From Ignavibacteriales bacterium (GTDB taxonomy: Bacteria > Bacteroidota > Ignavibacteria > Ignavibacteriales > DAOSCP01): a DNA stretch of 64,000 nucleotides. Below are positions 48,401 through 56,457 of the stretch, piece after piece. Under the pieces are notes generated by a model. The model saw nothing but the letters and a program-made list of their open reading frames with translations, did no database searches and had not been told where the DNA came from. Location: NCBI GenBank assembly GCA_035379625.1, contig DAOSVM010000001.1:159600-223599 (forward strand), given 5' to 3'. The position numbers were made by a program, and so were the translations under genes. Each line of letters starts with the position of its first letter. Position 1 is the first letter of the stretch.

Positions 48401-48497
48401 AAAATATGATGCTAAAAATTTAGTTTCTGGTATTTACTACGTAGTTTTAAACTTAGATAATAAGATAAAAACGCATAAAATTATGCTAATGAAATAA
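45459..48497 (+). CDS. Secreted glycoside hydrolase family 57-like enzyme with C-terminal accessory domains and T9SS CTD
   Basis: 1012 aa with a signal peptide. 'FHWHMHQPIYWPYE' (GH57 region I 'HQP') and 'AFGYHHPLMGLI' (GH57 region II-like). A Gly/Thr linker 'GDGSGTTGGGTTSS' follows. C-terminal 'LSNYPNPFNPSTLITYYLP...GIYYVVL' is a T9SS CTD. Confidence 0.7.
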   Translation: MKRKILFFFVVLLTIVFGQQKPPIYIAFHWHMHQPIYWPYETVWQTQQRGAYSYSVVDIFNQRIGPYTNWPKDAIYKGINNNLEHLGAQVSLSGSLIENLNNLESGGNGNFNGWKNHWKDIATKKTSKNNPRIDLVAFGYHHPLMGLIDYEDIRKQIQQHREAITTNFGISYSKGIFPPENAFTPRMIPALVAEGLQWVMVDNVHFDRATEGYPFNTGGNLYEPNKADIQNPNPNDWVQLNGLWAPTKVSAGWGHKPHYIKYVDPNTGQEYKMIAVPTSRYLGNEDGRGGFGALNYEQVMSQLEFANNDPAHPILVVLHHDGDNYGGGSSGYYGSNFDNFVNWLKANPSRFVCTTIQDYLDMFPPDPNDVIWVEDGSWSGADNGDPEFLKWNGDPGSDGYSPDRNSWGIVTAAKNYVFTADKINPNDNNTKLAWKYLTVSQTSCYWYWDGSENGVWDSHPARACNEAVKYAKMVTDGGNDIVGPTIYIPQREPYNPGSTEWNISKPSDFTVWTYVYDLSGLNSVKLKYRVNNDNNYKLTNDNFTYSGGSTVGAWQEVTMNSKTIQSKTNPLPSYKADEFSAIISGIKNKLVDYYVEAVDSKGNVTKSPIKHVWVGDGSGTTGGGTTSSVIWTPTNPTKNDEIEIKVISSKSAKLHWGVNSVNKNWTTPNQLYWPSNTTLFNNIGPAVESPFTKVGDTLKIKLGPFNNPAQVVNSLNFVIHFDDNTWDNNNNNDYNIPISGNNSGDTTKPTITFNMDGNLDENTNIAAQNSDDKLHYIYSNGLLYLATKSAQSKGNDAFIFVSKTNPTALVNAPWAKTGKVGTYDIFLGNESTNNWSGWFDKNGNLLNSIKQKSGQYLEAVIDLKNDLGITNPEKIYVAVGYYNTNDNGKLVLQIPQGNSNDDIDINELAEISLQTVTSNENTIKLKDYLLLSNYPNPFNPSTLITYYLPTAGNVKLDIYNCLGEKIESLVNTYQYPGNYTVKYDAKNLVSGIYYVVLNLDNKIKTHKIMLMK

Positions 48498-48515
48498 ATT
48501 TATTATTGCAAAAAG

Positions 48516-48549
48516 AAGGCAAGGAAGCAATGCAACCTTGCCTTTTTTT
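48516..48549 (+). terminator. Rho-independent terminator of the GH57-like gene
   Basis: AAGGCAAGG (48516-48524) pairs with CCTTGCCTT (48536-48544), followed by a T-run to 48549. It starts 19 nt after the stop. Confidence 0.8.
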
Positions 48550-48568
48550 ATTTTAAAACAATTCTCAT

Positions 48569-49138
48569 TAGCTCGGACAGTATAAGCATAGCAGCGGGCC
48601 GGAACGGCCCGCTAAAAATCTTTTCATCATCACCTTACCAAGTGTAGCTCAACGGTTTCATAATTCCACATCTCCCAAAATTCAGTGCAGATTGTGTGTT
48701 TGACTGAAAAATTTTTTTTTGTCAAAGCTAAAAATTAGCCTTAAAATTTTATGTTTATTGCGGATTTCTATATAATATAATTGTATTTACAATAATATCA
48801 TACAACCAATTATATTGTATATACAAAAATATTTTTTAAAATTGTAACTATATCGTGTATGCAATTATATTGTAAATACGAATATATTTTTAAAAATTGC
48901 GAATATATCGTAATTTTTAATATATAGGAATAACGATATTACGTATACACTTTTTTTTACATAATTTAATCAATCTTAAAAAAAATTTTAAACAATATTT
49001 AGTTATTTAGCTAAATGTAAAAATATATAAAATATTGATAAAAAATCTAATGTAAGATAGTAGATGGAAAATTTTTGGGCGTTAGCCCGCCCGTGCGCCG
49101 CAAGGCGCACGGGCTTTATGCTTACACCGTCTGAGCTA
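48569..49138 (-). repeat. Full copy 3 of the MITE-like structured repeat (same orientation as copy 2)
   Basis: TAGCTCGGACAGTATAAGC (48569-48587) and GCTTACACCGTCTGAGCTA (49120-49138). Module B is AGCGGGCCGGAACGGCCCGCT (about 48592-48612), with no extra hairpin. The conserved block 'GGTTTCATAATTCCAC' equals the reverse complement of copy 1's 'GTGGAATTATGAAACC'. Module A is GCCCGTGCGCC-GCAA-GGCGCACGGGC (49089-49114). No ORF of 60 aa or more. Confidence 0.85.
48771..48874 (-). repeat. Phased iteron array inside copy 3
   Basis: The offset motif TATAATATAATTGTA is at 48771. Palindromes ACCAATTATATTGTA (48805) and TGCAATTATATTGTA (48860) are 55 bp apart. The next in-phase site (48915) is degenerate. 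Confidence 0.75.
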
Positions 49139-49266
49139 AATATGTTAATATTTTTTAATTTTTAAAATAATTTTTCAAGATTTTTATAATTCTTTTATTT
49201 ACAAATAATTGTTTCATATTTTTCATTATTTAATTATATTTGTATTTTGAACTATTAGGATATTAA

Positions 49267-50934
49267 ATGTTTAAGAAGTTTATCTTAATATTGTTTATTA
49301 ACGTTTTTGTTGTAAAGGCTCAAGTAGTTTATGAACCAATTGATAATTCTATATATTCCTTTCTGGATGAAATGTCAAATAAATGTTTGATAAATATAAA
49401 TTTACTAATAAAGCCTATACCTAGAATTGAAATTGCCAAACAACTTTTAAAATTAAAAAATAAGCAAAATGATCTAACCGAAATTGAATTAAAGGAATTA
49501 AATTTTTATTGTCAAGATTTTCAAGATGAAATAACTTTTTTACAAAATAATTCTTTTGATACAACCGAAACGCATAAGTTTGCATATTATAATTCAGATG
49601 TCTCAAATTTATATCGATATACGAGCGAATTATTCACTTTGAAAGCTGATGTTATTTATGGGGTATCATTAGAAAATAGATTTGGGAAAAAATTCACTCA
49701 TAGATGGAACGGTGCATCAGTTTACGGATATTTGGATAATAATATTGGTTATATGTTTAATTTTAGAGATAATCGCGAAGAAAGTGATTATCTTGATCAT
49801 AGAAAAATACTTAGTGATGAAATGGGTATTACTGCAAATCCATTAAATGGTGGATTGGAATATAGTGAAGCTAGAGCAAGTCTTTCCTATAATTGGAGTT
49901 GGGGAACTATAACTTTTGCCAAGGATTATTTAACTTGGGGCTATGAAAAGAGTGGGAATATCGTTTTAGGTAGAAAAGCACCTACTTACCCATATGTTAG
50001 ATTGGATATTACACCTACAGATTGGTTTTCATTCAATTATATACATGCTTTTTTAGAATCTCAGATAATAGATTCAATAGAGACTTATAAAATTCACTCG
50101 TACCGTGAAAGCTCAAGAATAATATATAGGAGCAAATATTTAGCTTCGCATACTATATCAATAAGATATAAAAATATAACATTTAACGCTGGTGAATCGA
50201 TGGTTTATTCAGATCAAATAAGACCATTATATTTATTACCAGTAATGTTTTTTCGTTTAGCAGATCATTATTATAGTAATATTAACAATGATGCCGGCGA
50301 TAACGCACAATTTTTCTTTAATATTTCATCAAGAAATGATTTACCAAATACACATTTATATGCAACTTTATATATTGATGAAATTACATTATCCAATCTT
50401 TTTGATAAGCAAAAACAAAGATACCAAGTTGCAATGAATTATGGGATATCAAATTACGGTGGAATAATTAATAATTTGTCATTAACTTTGGAGTATACAA
50501 AAATATTTCCATTTGTTTATCAACATTATATAAAAACAATAGATTATTCATCATCAAATTATTCTCTTGGTCATTGGTTGAGCGATAATGCCGATCTATT
50601 TTATTTTTCAACAAAATATAAATTTTTTAGAGGTCTTGATTTACAAACATATTTTAAATATATTAGAAAAGGTAATGGTGGTCTTTCTGATTCCTTAATG
50701 AGATATCGTCAATATACCAATTCAATTCCTCAACCAAAATTTTTATGGGGCAAAGTAGCTGAAAGATTATATTTAGGTGCTGAATTAACTTATGAAATTT
50801 GGCATAATTTTGTTGCAAAACTTGCTTTTGAATACACAAACTTCAAAGATGAATTAAAAGATAATTCGAGAACTTTCGATTATCAATTAGGGAAGAATAA
50901 TAATTATAAATTTTCCATTTACTATAAATTATAA
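49267..50934 (+). CDS. Outer-membrane beta-barrel protein, capsule assembly Wzi-like
   Basis: 555 aa with a signal peptide. N-terminal 'IDNSIYSFLDEMSNKCLININLLIKPIPRIEIAKQL' resembles the Wzi-family helical plug motif. The rest is beta-rich, ending 'KFSIYYKL'. Confidence 0.5.
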   Translation: MFKKFILILFINVFVVKAQVVYEPIDNSIYSFLDEMSNKCLININLLIKPIPRIEIAKQLLKLKNKQNDLTEIELKELNFYCQDFQDEITFLQNNSFDTTETHKFAYYNSDVSNLYRYTSELFTLKADVIYGVSLENRFGKKFTHRWNGASVYGYLDNNIGYMFNFRDNREESDYLDHRKILSDEMGITANPLNGGLEYSEARASLSYNWSWGTITFAKDYLTWGYEKSGNIVLGRKAPTYPYVRLDITPTDWFSFNYIHAFLESQIIDSIETYKIHSYRESSRIIYRSKYLASHTISIRYKNITFNAGESMVYSDQIRPLYLLPVMFFRLADHYYSNINNDAGDNAQFFFNISSRNDLPNTHLYATLYIDEITLSNLFDKQKQRYQVAMNYGISNYGGIINNLSLTLEYTKIFPFVYQHYIKTIDYSSSNYSLGHWLSDNADLFYFSTKYKFFRGLDLQTYFKYIRKGNGGLSDSLMRYRQYTNSIPQPKFLWGKVAERLYLGAELTYEIWHNFVAKLAFEYTNFKDELKDNSRTFDYQLGKNNNYKFSIYYKL

Positions 50935-50937
50935 AAT

Positions 50938-51621
50938 ATGGATAATACTCAAAAAAAACTAGAAGAATTAGGTAAATTATCAGCTATTTTAGCTCACGAA
51001 ATAAGGAATCCGTTGTCTGTATTAAAACTTAATTTAGATTCTTTAAAGTATTCTAATAATTTAAATGAAGAAGATAAACAGATATTAGATTTATGTATTA
51101 AGGCAACGAATAGAATAGAATTTTTAATTAATAATACATTAAATGTAAGTAGAAAGTCGGATGAACATCTTGAGGCAACAAATATAAATGAAATTATTAA
51201 TAACGCAATTCAAATATTAGAGTTAAAAATTTCATCAAATAATATAAAGGTTGAAAAATATTTATCTCATAATTTACCAAATTTATATTTTAATCATAAC
51301 AAAATATTGCAGGTATTTATTAATTTAATTACAAATTCCATAGAATCTCTTTCAAATTTAGAAAGAGAAAGAATTATAACTTTTAGCACCAAATTAGAGA
51401 ATAATTATATCAAATTTTCAATAAAAGATAACGGTAAAGGTATATCAAAACAAATTCAGACTAAGATTTTTGATGATTTTTATACAAGTAAAAAAAATGG
51501 AACAGGTATAGGCTTAAGTATCTGTAAAATGATATTAAATGAGTATGATGCAAAGTTTTATTTTGAAAGTGAACCAAATGAATTTACTATTTTTTATATA
51601 GATTTTCCAATTAAAAAGTAG
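50938..51621 (+). CDS. Sensor-less cytoplasmic histidine kinase (HisKA + HATPase_c only)
   Basis: 227 aa. H-box 'LAHEIRNPL' is within 25 aa of the N-terminus. N-box 'FINLITNSIES', G1 'IKDNGKGI' and G2 'GTGIGLSI'. No TM or sensor domain. Confidence 0.85.
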   Translation: MDNTQKKLEELGKLSAILAHEIRNPLSVLKLNLDSLKYSNNLNEEDKQILDLCIKATNRIEFLINNTLNVSRKSDEHLEATNINEIINNAIQILELKISSNNIKVEKYLSHNLPNLYFNHNKILQVFINLITNSIESLSNLERERIITFSTKLENNYIKFSIKDNGKGISKQIQTKIFDDFYTSKKNGTGIGLSICKMILNEYDAKFYFESEPNEFTIFYIDFPIKK

Positions 51622-51627
51622 GGGCCT

Positions 51628-53097
51628 ATGGAGGAATATAAAATACTTATTATAGATGACGATGAATTAGTAGGAGTTTCATTAAAAAAAGCTCTCAAAA
51701 AAATAGGTTATGATGCGTATCTATGCCAAGATCCTAATGAAATAAATTCAATGATAAATGAAATAGATCCTGATTTGATACTTTTGGATATTTATTTAAG
51801 TGAAGATGTAAACGGTATAGACGTATTAAAATCATTAGTTAATAGCTACAAACAAATACCTATTGTAATGATAACAGGATACGCTGATGTACAAATAGCA
51901 GTAAATGCGATGAAAATTGGTGCTAAGGATTTTTTATTAAAGCCTGTTGATATGGAACAGCTAAAATTTATACTTGAAAAGAATCTTGAGCCAGTTAAGC
52001 TAAGAAAACAAGTTTTGAAATTACAACAACTTTTACAAGAAGGCCCAGTAATAACAAGAGATTATTTTGGTAAAAGTGAAAAAATACAAAAGGTTTTGAA
52101 TTTAGCTGAAAAGTTTGCACAAACTGACAATACGACAATTTTAATTGAAGGAGAGAGTGGAACCGGTAAGGAAGTAATGGCTAAATTTATCCACTCGATG
52201 AGCCCAAGAAGGCAAGGACCATTTATTACGGTTAATTGTGGGGCAATTCCCAAAGAATTAGCTGAAAGTGAACTTTTTGGATACGAAAAAGGGGCGTTTA
52301 CAGGTGCAGCTTCTAAAACAAAATTAGGAAAATTTGAACTTGCCGATAACGGGACTTTATTACTTGATGAAATTGGCGAACTTCCTTTAGATTTACAAGT
52401 AAAACTTTTAAGAGTTTTACAAGAAAAGAAATTCTTCCGTTTAGGAGGAGAGAAAGAAGTTGCTGTAAATGTTAGAATAATAGCTGCAACAAATAGAAAT
52501 CTTGAAAAAGAAGTAGAAGAAAAAAGATTTAGAGAAGATTTATTTTATCGCTTGAATGTAGGGAAAATATATTTACCACCGTTAAGAGAAAGAAAAGAAG
52601 ATATCCCATTACTTGCAACAATGTTTATTGAAGAAATTTGTAATAGTTGCAATATAGAAGTAAAGAATATTGAAAGTTCTGCATTAAACTTTTTAAAAGA
52701 AGTTACCTGGAAAGGTAATATCAGAGAATTGCGTAATGCAATAGAAAGAGCTATTATTTTATCAAACGGAAATACAATAAAACTTGAAGATTTTTCTTTT
52801 TTGAAGGAATATGATGATTATGTAGAAGAATTAAAATATTCTGATGATGATTTGGAAGAATTTAATGATACAGATGATGCAATTTTTAATAATGATAATA
52901 TAACTTTATCTGATTATCATTTGTCTATACCAAAAAATGGTATAACAATAGATCAAGTAATGAAAGATTTAATTGTAGAAACGTTAAAATTGACAAAAGG
53001 GAATCAATTAAAAGCTGCAAAAATATTGGGGCTTTCTAGAGCTAAACTTAGATATAGAATTGAACAATTAAAAATTGATTTAAAACAATTTAATTAA
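51628..53097 (+). CDS. Sigma-54-dependent response regulator (NtrC family)
   Basis: 489 aa. REC ('ILIIDDD...LLDIYL'), 'GESGTGKE', 'GAFTGA', 'LLDEIGELP' and the C-terminal HTH 'GNQLKAAKILGLSRAKLRYRI'. Confidence 0.9.
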   Translation: MEEYKILIIDDDELVGVSLKKALKKIGYDAYLCQDPNEINSMINEIDPDLILLDIYLSEDVNGIDVLKSLVNSYKQIPIVMITGYADVQIAVNAMKIGAKDFLLKPVDMEQLKFILEKNLEPVKLRKQVLKLQQLLQEGPVITRDYFGKSEKIQKVLNLAEKFAQTDNTTILIEGESGTGKEVMAKFIHSMSPRRQGPFITVNCGAIPKELAESELFGYEKGAFTGAASKTKLGKFELADNGTLLLDEIGELPLDLQVKLLRVLQEKKFFRLGGEKEVAVNVRIIAATNRNLEKEVEEKRFREDLFYRLNVGKIYLPPLRERKEDIPLLATMFIEEICNSCNIEVKNIESSALNFLKEVTWKGNIRELRNAIERAIILSNGNTIKLEDFSFLKEYDDYVEELKYSDDDLEEFNDTDDAIFNNDNITLSDYHLSIPKNGITIDQVMKDLIVETLKLTKGNQLKAAKILGLSRAKLRYRIEQLKIDLKQFN

Positions 53098-53106
53098 GGA
53101 AAATTT

Positions 53107-53679
53107 ATGTCTTTGCCAATGGTTTCTGTTGATAGTATTTTGGTTAGAAGTGAAGTAATAAAGAAAAAATTTTGCTGTGATCTTGAAAAATGTAAAGGGG
53201 CTTGTTGTACTTTTGAATCCGATTATGGGGCTCCATTATTAGAAGAAGAAATTCCTATTATAAAAAATATATTACCAAAGGTAAAAAAATATCTTTCAGA
53301 ACGAAATATTGAATATATAGATAAGAATGATTTTTATGAAATTAATGATAATGGTATTTTTACAAGGGGAATAAATAAAAGGGATTGTGTTTTTGTCTTT
53401 TACGATGAGAATAATATTGCCAAATGTGCTATTGAAAAAGCTTATATGAATGGAGAAGTAGATTTCAAAAAACCTATATCATGCCATCTATTTCCAATAA
53501 GAATTCATAATTTTGGCGGTGATATTTTAGTTTTTGAAAATTTTGTGGGCTGCCAACCAGCTCTTCCAAATGGAGAAAAACTCGATATACCTACTTTTAA
53601 ATTTTGTAAAGATGCTTTAATTCGCAAATATGGTGAAAATTGGTACAAAAAATTAGAAGATATCGCAAATTCACAATAA
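53107..53679 (+). CDS. Cys-rich DUF3109-like protein
   Basis: 190 aa. 'FCCDLEKCKGACCTFESDYGAPLLEEE' and later 'CVF...AKCAIE...SCHLFPIRI', as I remember for the DUF3109/YkgJ-like Fe-S/Zn family. Last gene of the wzi-like/HK/RR operon. Confidence 0.55.
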   Translation: MSLPMVSVDSILVRSEVIKKKFCCDLEKCKGACCTFESDYGAPLLEEEIPIIKNILPKVKKYLSERNIEYIDKNDFYEINDNGIFTRGINKRDCVFVFYDENNIAKCAIEKAYMNGEVDFKKPISCHLFPIRIHNFGGDILVFENFVGCQPALPNGEKLDIPTFKFCKDALIRKYGENWYKKLEDIANSQ

Positions 53680-53850
53680 TTTTAATTGACATTTAAAAAT
53701 ATTTTTACTATATTTGACTAAGAAGTTTACTATATCGCTGTTTTTTTGAAGAAATTAACAAAATAATTGAACCTTTTGATATATTTTTGTTGTTTAGTTT
53801 ATAGTTTATTATTGTTATTAAAAGTTTGAAAAAAGTTCTTATAATAAAAT

Positions 53851-53947
53851 GTTCAGTCGGGATTTATGGCGACTTGCACCGACTTTAAACAAATAGCTAA
53901 ATAGCCGAATAAGTTTAAAACCTTCGCTATTTAGCGAAGGTTTTTTT
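53851..53947 (+). promoter_or_regulatory. Candidate SAM-II/SAM-V-class riboswitch with terminator/antiterminator, leader of the metY operon
   Basis: TATAAT at 53840-53845. Stem AGTCGG (53855-60) pairs with CCGACT (53879-84), enclosing 'GAUUUAUGGCGACUUGCA'. The 3' tail is 'AAAUAGCUAAAU' (SAM-II-like GAUUU...UUGCA...AAAGCUAAA features). GCTAAATAGC (53896-53905) is perfectly complementary to GCTATTTAGC (53926-53935), inside the terminator CCTTCGCT-ATTT-AGCGAAGG plus T7 (53921-53947). Confidence 0.45.
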
Positions 53948-54021
53948 GTTTTAAACAAATCAAAGAAATGAGGCCTCATCAAAACTATATTTTTTATAAT
54001 TAAAATAATAAGGAGTAAAAT

Positions 54022-55308
54022 ATGCCAGAAAATACATTGAAATTCGAAACATTAGCATTGCATGCGGGGCATGATATCGATCCAACATTATCACGTGCTG
54101 TTCCTATTTATAGAACTTCATCTTATGTATTTAAAGATACCGAACACGCAGCTAATCTTTTTGCACTTAAAGAGTTGGGCTATATATATACACGCTTAAT
54201 GAATCCAACACAGGATATTCTTGAGAGAAGAATTGCCGCTCTTGAAGGTGGTGCTGCAGCATTAGCTATTGCATCTGGTACATCTGCAATTTTTTATTCA
54301 ATAATAAATATATTATCTGTTGGAGATGAATTTATTTCAGCTAATAATTTGTATGGTGGAACTTATACTATGTTTAATGATATTCTTCCACAATTCGGTA
54401 TAAAAGCTAAATTTGTTGACGTTAGAGATCCAAGAAATTTTCAAAAAGCAATTACTGAAAAAACTAAAGCAATATATATAGAAACAATTGGCAATCCTGC
54501 ACTTGATGTTGCTGATATAGAGGAAATAGCTAAAATAGCCCATGAGAATGAACTTCCATTAATCGTTGATTCTACTTTTACAACACCATATTTACTTAGG
54601 CCTATTGAATATGGAGCAGATATTGTCGTCCATTCCTTAACTAAATGGATAGGCGGACACGGAACGGGGATTGGAGGAATTATTGTTGATGCTGGAAAGT
54701 TCAATTGGCAAAATCCGAAATTTAAGCTTTATAATGAACCAGATCCTAGTTATCATGGATTAAGATATGCTCATGATTTAGGTGATTTTAATCCAATTGC
54801 ATTTGCAATGAGAGCTCGACTTGTACCTTTAAGAAACTTAGGCGCTTGTATTTCTCCTGATAACGCTTGGCTATTCTTACAAGGTATTGAAACTTTAGCT
54901 TTAAGAATGGAAAGACACTCACAAAATGCATTAAAGATTGCTGAATATTTAACTAATCATCCAAAAGTAAAGTGGGTACGATATCCAGGATTGCCCGATG
55001 ATCCATCTTATCCTTTAGCTAAAAAATACTTAAAAAATGGCTTTGGTGGGATGGTTGTATTTGGAGTTAAAGGCGGTGCCGATGAAGGAAGAAAATTTAT
55101 CGAAAATTTGAAAATTTTCTCACATTTGGCAAATGTTGGAGATGCTAAATCATTAGCTATTCATCCAGCAACAACAACTCATTCACAGCTCAATGAGGAA
55201 CAACAGTTAGCTGGTGGTATTACACCTGAACTTATCAGATTATCTGTTGGAATTGAAAATGTGAATGACTTAATCCAAGATATTGAAAATTCATTACATT
55301 TAATATAG
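54022..55308 (+). CDS. metY: O-acetylhomoserine aminocarboxypropyltransferase (sulfhydrylase)
   Basis: 428 aa. 'FETLALHAG', 'YTRLMNPT' and 'HSLTKWIGGHG' (PLP lysine) are canonical for the MetY/Cys-Met PLP family. Strong SD AAGGAG. Confidence 0.9.
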   Translation: MPENTLKFETLALHAGHDIDPTLSRAVPIYRTSSYVFKDTEHAANLFALKELGYIYTRLMNPTQDILERRIAALEGGAAALAIASGTSAIFYSIINILSVGDEFISANNLYGGTYTMFNDILPQFGIKAKFVDVRDPRNFQKAITEKTKAIYIETIGNPALDVADIEEIAKIAHENELPLIVDSTFTTPYLLRPIEYGADIVVHSLTKWIGGHGTGIGGIIVDAGKFNWQNPKFKLYNEPDPSYHGLRYAHDLGDFNPIAFAMRARLVPLRNLGACISPDNAWLFLQGIETLALRMERHSQNALKIAEYLTNHPKVKWVRYPGLPDDPSYPLAKKYLKNGFGGMVVFGVKGGADEGRKFIENLKIFSHLANVGDAKSLAIHPATTTHSQLNEEQQLAGGITPELIRLSVGIENVNDLIQDIENSLHLI

Positions 55309-55316
55309 GTTTTTTA

Positions 55317-56447
55317 ATGAGTTTAATAGTAGAAACTAAATTTGTAGAACTTTTTTCTGAAAGGCCGCTTTTGCTTGAAAGTGGTGATGAACTTAAGAAT
55401 ATAAATGTTGCATACCAAACTTATGGAGAATTAAATTCCGATAGGAATAATGTTATATTTGTTTTCCACGCTTTGACCGGCAACGCACACGCGGCCGGTC
55501 TTTTAAAACAAATTGAATTTTCTCCTAATTCCAAACCAGATTACCTTGAAAAATATTCAAAAATGAATTTAAATAAAACTGGTTGGTGGGATGGTATAAT
55601 TGGACCAGCTAAAGGGATTGATACCAACAAATATTTTGTAATTTGTGCAAATATTTTGGGGAGTTGTTACGGTACAACTGGTCCAAACACTAAAAAAAAT
55701 GTGGATGGTAATGTATGGGGAAAAGATTTTCCTATTATTACAGTTCGTGATATGGTAAAAGTACAAAAAGAACTTTTAGACTTTTTAAAAATCGAAAAAA
55801 TTAAAGCGTGTATAGGCGGTTCATTAGGCGGCTTTCAAGTATTTGAATTTGGAATAATGTATCCCGAAATTTCTGAAATTCTTTTCCCTATTGCTTGTGA
55901 TGTTGTTAATACAGATTGGGCAATAGCTTTTAATGAAATCCAAAGAAAAATAATTACTTCAGATATTAATTGGAATAATGGTAATATTTCAGATACAACA
56001 ATTAATAATCTCGCAATTGCTAGAATGGTTGGTCTTTTGAGTTACAGAACTCCAGAAAACTATAATCTAAAATTCAATCGTAAGATTATTGGTAATGACT
56101 TATATGATAAAAATACAATTTTTGATATATCTAATTATTTTAATTACCAAGGCAAAAAATTTGTAAATAGATTTGATCCAATAAGCTATTTAAGAATACT
56201 GCAAGCAACAGATTTACACGATATTTCATATAAACGAGGTTCATTTAATGATGTGCTTGCAGAAATAAAATCTTTAACTATTTCAATTGTGATAGATTCT
56301 GATATTTTATATTTACCAGAAAGGCAAGAAAATTTTACAAATATGATTCCCAAAAATAAAACTCATAAAATCCATTCATCATATGGACATGATGGATTTT
56401 TAACAGAATTTGAGCAATTAAATCAGATTCTTAAACTTTATATATAA
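55317..56447 (+). CDS. metX: Homoserine O-acetyltransferase
   Basis: 376 aa. 'NVIFVFHALTGNAH', 'GWWDGIIGP...DTNKYFVICANILGSCYGTTGP' and 'IGGSLGG' (nucleophile elbow) match the MetX alpha/beta hydrolase. Confidence 0.9.
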   Translation: MSLIVETKFVELFSERPLLLESGDELKNINVAYQTYGELNSDRNNVIFVFHALTGNAHAAGLLKQIEFSPNSKPDYLEKYSKMNLNKTGWWDGIIGPAKGIDTNKYFVICANILGSCYGTTGPNTKKNVDGNVWGKDFPIITVRDMVKVQKELLDFLKIEKIKACIGGSLGGFQVFEFGIMYPEISEILFPIACDVVNTDWAIAFNEIQRKIITSDINWNNGNISDTTINNLAIARMVGLLSYRTPENYNLKFNRKIIGNDLYDKNTIFDISNYFNYQGKKFVNRFDPISYLRILQATDLHDISYKRGSFNDVLAEIKSLTISIVIDSDILYLPERQENFTNMIPKNKTHKIHSSYGHDGFLTEFEQLNQILKLYI

Positions 56448-56457
56448 TGGGGGGATA

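Noticed and set aside
49104-49127. Module A reads GGCGCACGGGCTTTATGCTT, which resembles a sigma54 promoter (TGGCACG-N4-TTGCW), next to NtrC-type regulator operons.
   Set aside because: The invariant -24 GG is GC here, and the TGC of the putative -12 element is displaced by 2 nt from the required spacing. The same sequence occurs in copies that face gene 3' ends.
53968-53979. A perfect 12-bp palindrome ATGAGGCCTCAT lies between the leader terminator and the metY start and could be an operator.
   Set aside because: It is a single short palindrome without a partner site or a known cognate motif. It may be fortuitous. There is not enough evidence to call a regulatory site.
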